Positions 56,562-64,000 of a stretch of DNA of 64,000 nucleotides are shown here, piece after piece. The notes beneath the pieces are model-generated. The model had not been told where the DNA came from. It saw nothing but the letters and a program-made list of their open reading frames with translations, and searched no databases. Positions within the stretch are counted from its first letter, which is position 1. Each line of letters starts with the position of its first letter. A program made the translations under genes and the position numbers. Source of the stretch: a virus; the IMG/VR virus record IMGVR_UViG_3300044615_000494, one strand, 5' to 3'.

Positions 56562-58035
56562 GCCAATCATCTATTTGATTTGCTATCTTATGAATCGTGT
56601 TCCTGCTGTATTTTCTCAATGCAGGTAAATCATTTATAGGAGTTCTATTGATAGGGTGTGTGCTATCATCATTATCTTCATCAGGCATGTACATTATAGT
56701 CAGGTTAGGATTATTGATATGTTTCTGCCAAGCATGATATAGATAATCATAACGCACATCCTTCTTGAATACATCTGAGTATTTTGGTAACAGTATCAAC
56801 GCCTTTCGCTGTGTATCTGATAAACGGTTCACGAAATGTGTGATGACGTTATCAAAATATTCTTTAGTGTGATTCTTTTCAAGAGACCAATACATGCTAT
56901 AATCGAAAATAAATTCGATGTACGAAGCGAACACAATGATCTTGGGTAATTTCTCAAAATTATACTGTGAGTGATATAATTTATCAGTGCGAAACAAATC
57001 TTCTAGTGGTATATTGTAATAGATTTGATCCATATATCTGCTATATGCGGCGTATGCAGGTCCTAAACAATGCATCAAGAACGCGATAGATGGTTCTTTA
57101 ACTGAAAGATTTTCTTGACCTCTGATGAAGTTTTCTAAAGAGGAATATTCATGTACGTTGATATAATCGATATCAGCATGATCTATACAATTGCTACCCA
57201 ATAACATTTTGTATTTGGATTTCAACAATTGCATACATCGTTGTTCAATATTCATGTTCATGACTCTGCAACTAAAAACAAAATTAGTTATAGTGGCTGC
57301 GTTTAATAATGAATCACCTTTAGTTTGTATTGAGATATAACCGATCAAACCATAATAACCATACTTGTCCCATGCGAATACAGCATAACTTTTTATGTCG
57401 TTTCTGAGGATATAATCTGATACTGTGTTTTTAGCAAAGCGACTATTGGTATAGTTAAGTTGATTGGATTTATTGACTAGTTCTTCTACTCTTTCTTGAT
57501 ATAACAAACAATCATGATTCTCTGCTATCGCTATATTGATATCAGAATCTTTTAAAAATTCAATATTAGAATCATAAGATTTTCTGATATCTTTCTTTGT
57601 TTCTAATATTCTATATTGTTTTGTTTTAGTATTATTTTGGGGTATGGCAAACTCATCTATGAATTTGTATGGGTCATTGTACGTAACTATGCCTGGACAA
57701 TAATATGTTGCTTCATTGAGGTTTATCATATTATCATCGATGAATACAACATCATCCGAACGTAACTGACAATCAGATATAATTTGATTTATCCTGTTAC
57801 CTTTCGGTAGTAGATTGATGCTTGGGAAAACAAAGAGTTCCCAAATATCTAGACTCTGTAGTTTTTTCTTGATACGATCATGATCGTTTTTAGAACAGAT
57901 AGAATGTATGATACCATTCTTTTCTGTGTTTTTTATAAATTCGATGATGTCTTGATTCGGCGAAGTATCGCCGCCTTCAGTGATACTACCACTCCATAGT
58001 ACACCATCAAGATCCCAGATAACAAGTTTAACCAT
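56491..58035 (-). CDS. FkbH-like HAD-IIIC phosphatase/transferase domain protein
   Basis: VIWDLDGVLW, SICSKND, VFIDDN..N, ELVNKSNQLN, DKYGYYGLIG and FVFSCRV match the FkbH family. Confidence 0.85.
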   Translation of the reverse strand: MVKLVIWDLDGVLWSGSITEGGDTSPNQDIIEFIKNTEKNGIIHSICSKNDHDRIKKKLQSLDIWELFVFPSINLLPKGNRINQIISDCQLRSDDVVFIDDNMINLNEATYYCPGIVTYNDPYKFIDEFAIPQNNTKTKQYRILETKKDIRKSYDSNIEFLKDSDINIAIAENHDCLLYQERVEELVNKSNQLNYTNSRFAKNTVSDYILRNDIKSYAVFAWDKYGYYGLIGYISIQTKGDSLLNAATITNFVFSCRVMNMNIEQRCMQLLKSKYKMLLGSNCIDHADIDYINVHEYSSLENFIRGQENLSVKEPSIAFLMHCLGPAYAAYSRYMDQIYYNIPLEDLFRTDKLYHSQYNFEKLPKIIVFASYIEFIFDYSMYWSLEKNHTKEYFDNVITHFVNRLSDTQRKALILLPKYSDVFKKDVRYDYLYHAWQKHINNPNLTIMYMPDEDNDDSTHPINRTPINDLPALRKYSRNTIHKIANQIDDWLARLEGLEPPTSTFVALHSDPLN

Positions 58036-58051
58036 ACAGATATTTAGTTAA

Positions 58052-58128
58052 GCCCAGGTGATGGAACAGGTATACGTGTCTGACTCAAAATCAGAATTTT
58101 GTGGGTTCGAATCCCACCTTGGGCACCA
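58052..58128 (+). tRNA. trnL: tRNA-Leu(CAA), short variable loop
   Basis: tctga-CTCAAAA-tcaga, 5-nt variable region, A73, CCA. Confidence 0.88.
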
Positions 58129-58132
58129 ATAT

Positions 58133-58207
58133 TGGGGATTCGCCAAGCGGTAAGGCATCGGATTTTGATTCCGACATTCCCAGGTTCGATCCCTGGATCC
58201 CCAGCCA
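58133..58207 (+). tRNA. trnQ: tRNA-Gln(TTG) copy 2
   Basis: tcgga-TTTTGAT-tccga, CCA. Sequence differs from copy 1. Confidence 0.92.
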
Positions 58208-58213
58208 AATAGT

Positions 58214-58242
58214 TTGACAAGTTCCGATGAAACAGTTATAAT
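58214..58242 (+). promoter_or_regulatory. Consensus sigma70 promoter
   Basis: TTGACA-17 nt-TATAAT. Confidence 0.9.
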
Positions 58243-58275
58243 TTTAATAGAATGATTGTACATTTGACAGATTAC

Positions 58276-58351
58276 GGGACGTTAGCTCAGTTGGTAGAGC
58301 AGTAGACTTTTAATCTATTGGTCACAGGTTCAAATCCTGTACGTCCTACCA
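58276..58351 (+). tRNA. trnK: tRNA-Lys(TTT)
   Basis: Loop CTTTTAA, CCA. Confidence 0.95.
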
Positions 58352-58371
58352 TTTTCAGGATAAATAAAAAT

Positions 58372-59136
58372 ATGAGTAAGTTGTTGATCACAAGCGGATG
58401 TAGTTTTAGTGAATGTCTATCGTCAAGTATCGATACTTGGCCTCGACATCTCACACGTAAATTAGAATCGCATGGTTACGATAAGCATATCAGTTGTGCT
58501 ATGGGCAGTCAAGGTAATGGATTGATTAGTCGTGGACCAATGTATGAAGTGACCAAAGCACTGAAGACTCATAAGCCAGAAGACATTCTTGTCGGCATTA
58601 TGTGGAGCCACAGCAATCGATTTGATTATCGTTGTGAAGACCCTACCGTATTGAGTTGGGGTCATGAGAACAAGCATCATTGGATGGTGAATCCACGATC
58701 ATTTGTAGATGGAGCACCCAATAATTGGGTGATCGGTAATCTACATTGGGATAGTATAGAATTCTCAACTCATTTGAAGTATTATCATAGTCATATCGGT
58801 TCATCAATATTGAGCCTTGAGCATATATTGCGCACTCAATATTTTTTGAAGTTGAAGAAAGTTCCATATTTCTTTACAGATTTTATAGACTATAATATAG
58901 TTGAGAAAGCATTCTTACATGAACCAGAATTGACTTATCTCATGGATGAATTAGACAAAGATCAGTATTTACCCGTAACGAGCGAACACGGTTGGTTGAT
59001 AGAAAATAGCATGACTAAGGAAGAATATCTTAAAGAACATAATGGTTGGCAGTGGATTCATCCTAAGACCCATCATCATAAAGAATTCGTAGATAGAGTT
59101 ATCTATCCTTGGTTGCAGGATAAAAAGTATATATGA
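58372..59136 (+). CDS. SGNH-like hypothetical protein
   Basis: TSGCSFSE...WPRHL...GSQGN...HP near the C-terminus. ATG at 58372. Confidence 0.6.
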   Translation: MSKLLITSGCSFSECLSSSIDTWPRHLTRKLESHGYDKHISCAMGSQGNGLISRGPMYEVTKALKTHKPEDILVGIMWSHSNRFDYRCEDPTVLSWGHENKHHWMVNPRSFVDGAPNNWVIGNLHWDSIEFSTHLKYYHSHIGSSILSLEHILRTQYFLKLKKVPYFFTDFIDYNIVEKAFLHEPELTYLMDELDKDQYLPVTSEHGWLIENSMTKEEYLKEHNGWQWIHPKTHHHKEFVDRVIYPWLQDKKYI

Positions 59137-59141
59137 TTTTT

Positions 59142-59217
59142 CTGCCCGTAGTTCAGGGGATAGAACAACAGCCTTCTAAGCTGTGGGTCGCAGGTTCGAA
59201 TCCTGCCGGGCAGGCCA
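59142..59217 (+). tRNA. trnR: tRNA-Arg(TCT)
   Basis: acagc-CTTCTAA-gctgt, CCA. Confidence 0.95.
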
Positions 59218-59231
59218 TAAAGTGAGGACTA

Positions 59232-59855
59232 ATGAGAGTTAAAGTATACAATGACAGCATAATTCATTTGATGTTTCCTAATCAAAAGGAACTCACTATG
59301 ACTTTATCTAGACCTCAAGAATTCTATGAAAGCAATAATTCAAAGTTGCGTAATAGAATTTTCACGTATGAACAATTCATAGATCATCATACACAAAAAG
59401 ACGGGTGTTTTGACTACTTCAGTTTTTGGGGTGGTTTTAATATACCTGGGCATATCTTAGAAGACTTCTTTGACGTTTTTGAATTGACCCAACGTGAAGC
59501 AGCGGTTAGGAAAATTACTAAGAGATACAAGCGAAAGCCTTACTATCTGATCGGTACGTTAGCAAAAGATGATGAGACGATGGTTCACGAACTACTACAT
59601 GCTCATTATTATTTGGATCCTGTGTATAAACAACAGGTAGATGTGCTAGTGAGGTCTATGAGTAAGACTCTAAGAGTAGAACTGACCACTGCGTTAAAAA
59701 CAATGGGTTATGCTAACCATGTGATAACGGACGAAATAAATGCGTACATGGCTAGTAGTAAATATAAGTACTTAAAAGAGGAATTAGAATTAGATGTTAC
59801 GAGGGCTGATATGAAGCCATTCGTAGAGTTGATGAAGACAATAATGCGGCGGTAG
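59232..59855 (+). CDS. Hypothetical protein with an HExxH motif
   Basis: VHELLHAHY...DEINAY (zincin-like). Stop lies inside tRNA-Gly. Confidence 0.65.
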   Translation: MRVKVYNDSIIHLMFPNQKELTMTLSRPQEFYESNNSKLRNRIFTYEQFIDHHTQKDGCFDYFSFWGGFNIPGHILEDFFDVFELTQREAAVRKITKRYKRKPYYLIGTLAKDDETMVHELLHAHYYLDPVYKQQVDVLVRSMSKTLRVELTTALKTMGYANHVITDEINAYMASSKYKYLKEELELDVTRADMKPFVELMKTIMRR

Positions 59856-59919
59856 TTTAATGGTAGAATGAGAGCCTTCCAAGCTCACGACAAGGGTTCG
59901 ATTCCCTTTCGCCGCTCCA
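59846..59919 (+). tRNA. trnG: tRNA-Gly(TCC)
   Basis: Loop CTTCCAA, U73, CCA. Confidence 0.92.
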
Positions 59920-59935
59920 AACAAAGGTGAATTTT

Positions 59936-60175
59936 ATGATGGATAGCAAACAAATGGCACTACAATATCTCATGGATTCGTGTGATGATATGGCTAGTGC
60001 TTGCGAGAAGAATTTAAAGTCGCTCGACAAGAAAAAGACCTTAAGAGATTTAGAACGAAATTTTGGTAACTTGCTAGCAAGTATTAAAGAAGTAGTCGAA
60101 GCATATAAGTTAGATGAGAACAAAGTTTTTTCCGAAGTAGAGAACTCTATACAAAAACGCAAAGAATCAATCTGA
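59936..60175 (+). CDS. Hypothetical protein
   Basis: ATG at 59936 after AAAGGTG. About 79 aa. Confidence 0.55.
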   Translation: MMDSKQMALQYLMDSCDDMASACEKNLKSLDKKKTLRDLERNFGNLLASIKEVVEAYKLDENKVFSEVENSIQKRKESI

Positions 60176-60181
60176 CTTGGT

Positions 60182-61315
60182 ATGAAGATTCTGCGTAAGA
60201 TAGTCAACATGGATAGTATGCTTTATGATGAGCATAGCCATGACATTTTTGAGAAACATGATCATTTCTTTCAACTAGATGATCGCTGGGAATATGTCGA
60301 TAATATAGAAGACGCAGACATAGTTCCTATATTACCAGCCGGAAAACCTAAACTTGATAAATGCTCACTTAGATTGAGAGACGATCAAGTACTATGTATG
60401 TTGATGTACTATTTGATAGATGATCACCATGATATATCATTTTTTGAAAATGTGCTAGAATACGCGGGGCATATAGCCAAAAATGTATTGATAGTGCATA
60501 AAAATAGTTTATTTAAAAATCATGTTCACGATAACATCGTGCATTATGATTCTATGTTTAGTATCACTAAGATGTGTTTTACCGAATATGAAAACTATGA
60601 TTTTACAGACCGTATTTGGAATCTATATTCACATAATGATACATATCGTTTACCGGATATAAAAAAGAATCTAACTAAAAAATTTATGTGTCCTACGTAT
60701 GTCTATCAACCATATACACATGCTAGGATGATCTATAGAGCAAAAGTTAGAGAAATCATAGAACCATATAAAGAATATGGTTATGTGAGTACAGATAAAG
60801 TCAAATTGATGCCTAATAGTCCGGTGACTGACCTCATGCTGAATAATATGATGAATAGTACTACTATACAATGGTATCCGGTCAGCGATGAATTATATAA
60901 CTCATCCTGTATCTCAGTTGTATGCGAGACTATAACGGGTTTATGCAATGAGGATAAAAAATATAATAAAGTTCAATGTGTCACAGAGAAAACACTAGAA
61001 CCATTGGCAAAAGGTAATTTCATATTACCATTTGGATATCCCGGATTGATACAAGATGTATTAGCATATGGGTTCAAATTACCAGAATGGATAGATTATT
61101 CATATGACGATTTACATGACATAGATAAACGATTTAACAAGTTCAAAACGATATTAGATAATTTATTAGGTAACATCTCTGTAGACAGATTACAAAAGTT
61201 TTGTGAAAGAGATATAGATATATTAGAACACAATAAACGGGTATTTTACTCTAGACCTTATGATAATTTATATGATATAATCTTGAGTAAATACAAAGAA
61301 TTATTGCCCAGGTGA
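60182..61315 (+). CDS. Hypothetical protein, possibly glycosyltransferase-related (exostosin/GT10-like C-terminus)
   Basis: ISVVCET...VTEKT...P.AKG.FILPFG...GFKL...IDYSYD pattern. Stop lies inside tRNA-Leu. Confidence 0.5.
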   Translation: MKILRKIVNMDSMLYDEHSHDIFEKHDHFFQLDDRWEYVDNIEDADIVPILPAGKPKLDKCSLRLRDDQVLCMLMYYLIDDHHDISFFENVLEYAGHIAKNVLIVHKNSLFKNHVHDNIVHYDSMFSITKMCFTEYENYDFTDRIWNLYSHNDTYRLPDIKKNLTKKFMCPTYVYQPYTHARMIYRAKVREIIEPYKEYGYVSTDKVKLMPNSPVTDLMLNNMMNSTTIQWYPVSDELYNSSCISVVCETITGLCNEDKKYNKVQCVTEKTLEPLAKGNFILPFGYPGLIQDVLAYGFKLPEWIDYSYDDLHDIDKRFNKFKTILDNLLGNISVDRLQKFCERDIDILEHNKRVFYSRPYDNLYDIILSKYKELLPR

Positions 61316-61382
61316 TGGAATTGGTATACGTGTTGGTCTTAGAAGCCAAATTTTGTGGGTTCGAGTCCCACCCTGGGCACCA
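61306..61382 (+). tRNA. trnL: tRNA-Leu(TAG), short variable loop
   Basis: ttggt-CTTAGAA-gccaa, 5-nt variable region, A73, CCA. Confidence 0.88.
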
Positions 61383-61394
61383 TTATAAGAGAGC

Positions 61395-62792
61395 ATGATG
61401 ATAATCACTAGAGATATAATCAATCGTGATATAAAATATTTCGACCGCACACAATTAAATTTGCATAAGGATTTTGATTTTGCCGGCTTGTCTAGCATGG
61501 TCGATGCATATAAAAATCTATTCATGTCTAAGGGCGCTAGTAAAGGCAAAAGCGTAGTCATAGGCAATCCTGCTAATACGTCACAGATAGCATTAGTATT
61601 AGCATGTGCAGAATTAGGACTCACGATTATGATCGTAGGCAATCCGTTATTGCCGGGCACTAAACCAGAAGACTATATTCGCATGAGAGGTAATATAGAT
61701 TCTAAACTAAAAAAATTGTTACCGATAGATTACTTTATATTAGATAATCAGCAAAGCACAAATAAGTTTGAGGTGTTTAGTGATGTTTGCAGATACACTA
61801 TTCTTATAGAAAATGAGAAATTAGATTACACCCCTAACAACACGATATATGCAGACGATACTACTTTATTGATAAAATGTACTAGTAGCGGTACTACTGG
61901 CGAACCTAAAGTACTATCACATACTCATGCATTCATGTATGAATTAGTACATAGAAATAGCAAGCAATTTTATGGTAATATGGGAATGCTCAGTAATCTT
62001 GCGCACGGTAGCAGTATCGCTGTGTATTTTTTACCGGGACTAGTATCTAAAGATGTAAAAAGTTATTACAACTTACCTAATATTGATCTAGCGACTATAT
62101 CAAAGATACTACACAATCAAAATGCATCATTAGATCATTTGCTTATTCCTTATACAGTGTTCATCGATGATTTTTTTACAACAGATCATAAATTATCAGG
62201 TTGTGTGCTACATACTTTAGGTATGATACGCAAGTCTTGGGTGAAAGAATTGTATAGCGGCAGGATCAAAGACATAGTTAGTATATTTGGAACTAATGAA
62301 ACTTCAGGTCCCTTCTTATTGAATAAAGCGTCTGATCCTGAATTCGCTGAAGATACATATTTTGAGATAGATGATTTTTATAAATTAAATCTATCAGGTA
62401 ATTATGGATTAGAAGTCATAATGCCTATATATGAAACCAGTGTGAGGACACATGATACTTTCTACAAGCAAGGGAATAAATTTGTGCATGTGGGTAGAAG
62501 TAACTTATATCGGATAAATGATTTAGAAATCGATGTCAACAAGTATCAAATAGAAGTTGATAGATTGATAAAAGGTGAAATAATAGTAGACACAAAGAAA
62601 GATAACATCTATCTTGTGATTTGGGAAGATATAGTAGATTTATCTAAAATCGACTACATCAATGCCCGTATGAAGAGTGATAGTAATGGATTGCATTTCA
62701 TATCCAAATATGCAAAGTTAAATTATTCAGATTATCTCAATGGCGTCAAGATCGATAGAGAGACGTTGAGGGAATACTTCCGAAATCTTTAA
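61395..62792 (+). CDS. Adenylate-forming (ANL/AMP-binding) enzyme-like protein
   Basis: P-loop CTSSGTTGEPK, FGTNETSG, D.F...G and GR..L..IN motifs. Confidence 0.75.
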   Translation: MMIITRDIINRDIKYFDRTQLNLHKDFDFAGLSSMVDAYKNLFMSKGASKGKSVVIGNPANTSQIALVLACAELGLTIMIVGNPLLPGTKPEDYIRMRGNIDSKLKKLLPIDYFILDNQQSTNKFEVFSDVCRYTILIENEKLDYTPNNTIYADDTTLLIKCTSSGTTGEPKVLSHTHAFMYELVHRNSKQFYGNMGMLSNLAHGSSIAVYFLPGLVSKDVKSYYNLPNIDLATISKILHNQNASLDHLLIPYTVFIDDFFTTDHKLSGCVLHTLGMIRKSWVKELYSGRIKDIVSIFGTNETSGPFLLNKASDPEFAEDTYFEIDDFYKLNLSGNYGLEVIMPIYETSVRTHDTFYKQGNKFVHVGRSNLYRINDLEIDVNKYQIEVDRLIKGEIIVDTKKDNIYLVIWEDIVDLSKIDYINARMKSDSNGLHFISKYAKLNYSDYLNGVKIDRETLREYFRNL

Positions 62793-62854
62793 CCAATTCA
62801 CTATACATTCTTGTCCGGGCTAGTTATAATATACACAGTTAATCGGAGAATGTT

Positions 62855-63019
62855 ATGAAAACGGTTACATTTGAAAACATCTTCAATAAAGAGAGGTTCG
62901 AAGTTTTTGGTAAAAAAGATACCAAATTCATCGATGGTATTGAATACTGGAAAGTATTTAAGCAAGGTACCAAGCGTGAAGTATTAGTACGCAAGGATTA
63001 CTTGAAAAAGGTTAAATAA
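62855..63019 (+). CDS. Small hypothetical protein (54 aa)
   Basis: Not in the ORF track. MKTVTFENIFNKERFEV..., GGAG SD. Confidence 0.6.
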   Translation: MKTVTFENIFNKERFEVFGKKDTKFIDGIEYWKVFKQGTKREVLVRKDYLKKVK

Positions 63020-63036
63020 GAAAGACAGAGGACGAT

Positions 63037-63594
63037 ATGGCAGTTTTAGCACTTGATATCTCAGGAACTCCGCGTCAATGGATCACCAATGATGACGCGA
63101 TCACTTACCATGCCAAGAGAGCAGTTGCCTGGACATTGGGCAACATCGTAGCAAAATATCGCGGTGGAGTTCAAAACGATGGTACAGAGTCATATTTGGA
63201 AACACCTAGTATTATCGCTATCAAGGGCCATGGATTCAACCCCGCAAGGCATGGGCGTGTCGCATTGACTAACCGCACACTGTTCGGTCGTGATCGTCAT
63301 GTTTGTGCATACTGCGGTGGTCATTTCCCTAACGGTAATCACCTTAGCCGGGATCATATCTTACCTAAGAGTCGCGGTGGTGTTGATGACTGGATGAACG
63401 TAGTAACAGCATGTAAGAAATGTAACACTCATAAAGGTAGCAAGACTCTAAAAGAAGCAAAACTTGAATTGATCTATGTGCCATATGCACCTAATCACTT
63501 TGAGAATCTAATCTTACAGAATAGGAACATCCTAGCAGACCAGATGGAATATCTACTGTCAGGGGTACCTAAACATAGTAGGATTATCAATTGA
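63037..63594 (+). CDS. HNH endonuclease (McrA-like)
   Basis: RDRHVCAYCG...DHILPKSRGG...NVVTACKKCNTHKG. GAGGA SD. Confidence 0.9.
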   Translation: MAVLALDISGTPRQWITNDDAITYHAKRAVAWTLGNIVAKYRGGVQNDGTESYLETPSIIAIKGHGFNPARHGRVALTNRTLFGRDRHVCAYCGGHFPNGNHLSRDHILPKSRGGVDDWMNVVTACKKCNTHKGSKTLKEAKLELIYVPYAPNHFENLILQNRNILADQMEYLLSGVPKHSRIIN

Positions 63595-64000
63595 GTTTAT
63601 TGTACTCCATATATGGTTATTTTGGACATCTATGCGAAGTCCCGAAAGATGTCCTTGATAACCTGCATGAGAATTACGAATATGTGACGCAAAACGTTCA
63701 TACAAACATGAGGAACACTACTTACAAGCAGTGGTTCCTGCAAGATACAAAGACAGAAGATGTATTTACATATAATGATGCAGATTGGACTGTATGGAAT
63801 GATCAAGACAGGCTTAGACGTACTAAAGATTTTTTCAATCAGTACGTGTCAGAGATATTTCGATTTAGATTTTCGTTCTTAGAAAAAAATAACAGCGTTG
63901 ATTTTCATTCGAAGCACATGTTGCCCAGAATTCATATACCATTGAATGATAACGATTCCTATTTTGAAGTCATAGATGAGAAAGGAAATACGCATTCGTA
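63591..64000 (+). CDS. Asp/Asn beta-hydroxylase-like (2OG-Fe(II)) protein, partial
   Basis: TTG overlaps the HNH stop. Frame is open to the window end; FHSKHMLPRIHIPL resembles the H...R.HIPL core. Confidence 0.55.
   Translation, partial: MSLLYSIYGYFGHLCEVPKDVLDNLHENYEYVTQNVHTNMRNTTYKQWFLQDTKTEDVFTYNDADWTVWNDQDRLRRTKDFFNQYVSEIFRFRFSFLEKNNSVDFHSKHMLPRIHIPLNDNDSYFEVIDEKGNTHS

Noticed and set aside
363-58371. Extended starts given in the track (363, 27307, 32121, 33049, 39592, 41310, 47115, 52001, 54254, 58318, 59927)
   Set aside because: They overlap upstream genes or tRNAs. Downstream starts match paralog N-termini, SD sites or late-promoter spacing.
63037-63594. Homing endonuclease interrupting a gene
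   Set aside because: Free-standing ORF with its own SD, of the McrA-like type, not inside an intron or another gene.
1-64000. Stop-codon reassignment (alternative genetic code)
   Set aside because: Long genes are intact in code 11, TAG and TGA both serve as real stops, and no suppressor anticodon (CTA, TCA, TTA) is among the 23 tRNAs.
1-64000. CRISPR array
   Set aside because: Repeats found are coding tandem repeats or gene-junction boxes about 650-700 nt apart, not 25-45 nt repeats with unique spacers.
1-64000. Prophage or mobile element boundaries
   Set aside because: No integrase, transposase, att-like duplication or bacterial housekeeping flank. The entire window is phage-like.

Overview
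The whole window looks like a segment of a large lytic T4-like (myovirus-type) phage genome read in the standard genetic code. Several metabolic genes (iscU, ahpC, ahpD, an HNH) resemble betaproteobacterial proteins, so the host is inferred to be a Betaproteobacterium. Layout: 1-1 kb, end of a radical-SAM/SPASM-like gene and a resolvase-like nuclease. 1.0-1.4 kb, a gene-free hairpin-rich region. 1.4-6.4 kb, a gp26/gp51-like tail chaperone pair divergent from a tape-measure-like protein with a C-terminal amidase. 6.4-12.4 kb, head module (portal, protease, scaffold, major capsid). 12.9-26.3 kb, four Asn/Thr/Gly-rich fibre genes. 26.4-36.8 kb, a tandem array of 11 LamG/ConA-like lectin paralogs plus a fibrinogen-like gene. 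37.3-41.4 kb, nrdA-iscU-nrdB-glutaredoxin. 41.7-48.8 kb, PAAR, two large virion proteins, an SleB-type hydrolase and small genes. 49-51.3 kb, an ahpC...ahpD redox cluster. 52.2-61.4 kb, 23 tRNA genes interleaved with modification-type enzymes and several structured non-coding blocks. 61.4-64 kb, adenylate-forming enzyme, HNH and a partial 2OG-oxygenase-like gene. Most notable observations: (1) a 39-codon leader ORF containing all 20 amino acids, coupled to mutually exclusive antiterminator/terminator helices directly upstream of the tRNA array (candidate general translation-capacity attenuator); (2) a -1 slippery site with a downstream hairpin joining the gp26-like and gp51-like frames; (3) several large candidate ncRNAs, one apparently enclosing two tRNAs; (4) a tRNA-Thr with anticodon AGT; (5) late promoters placed 5 nt before start codons, implying leaderless mRNAs; (6) the lectin array with near-identical junction boxes. 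All assignments come from motif recognition and manual base-pairing; no searches or folding programs were run.
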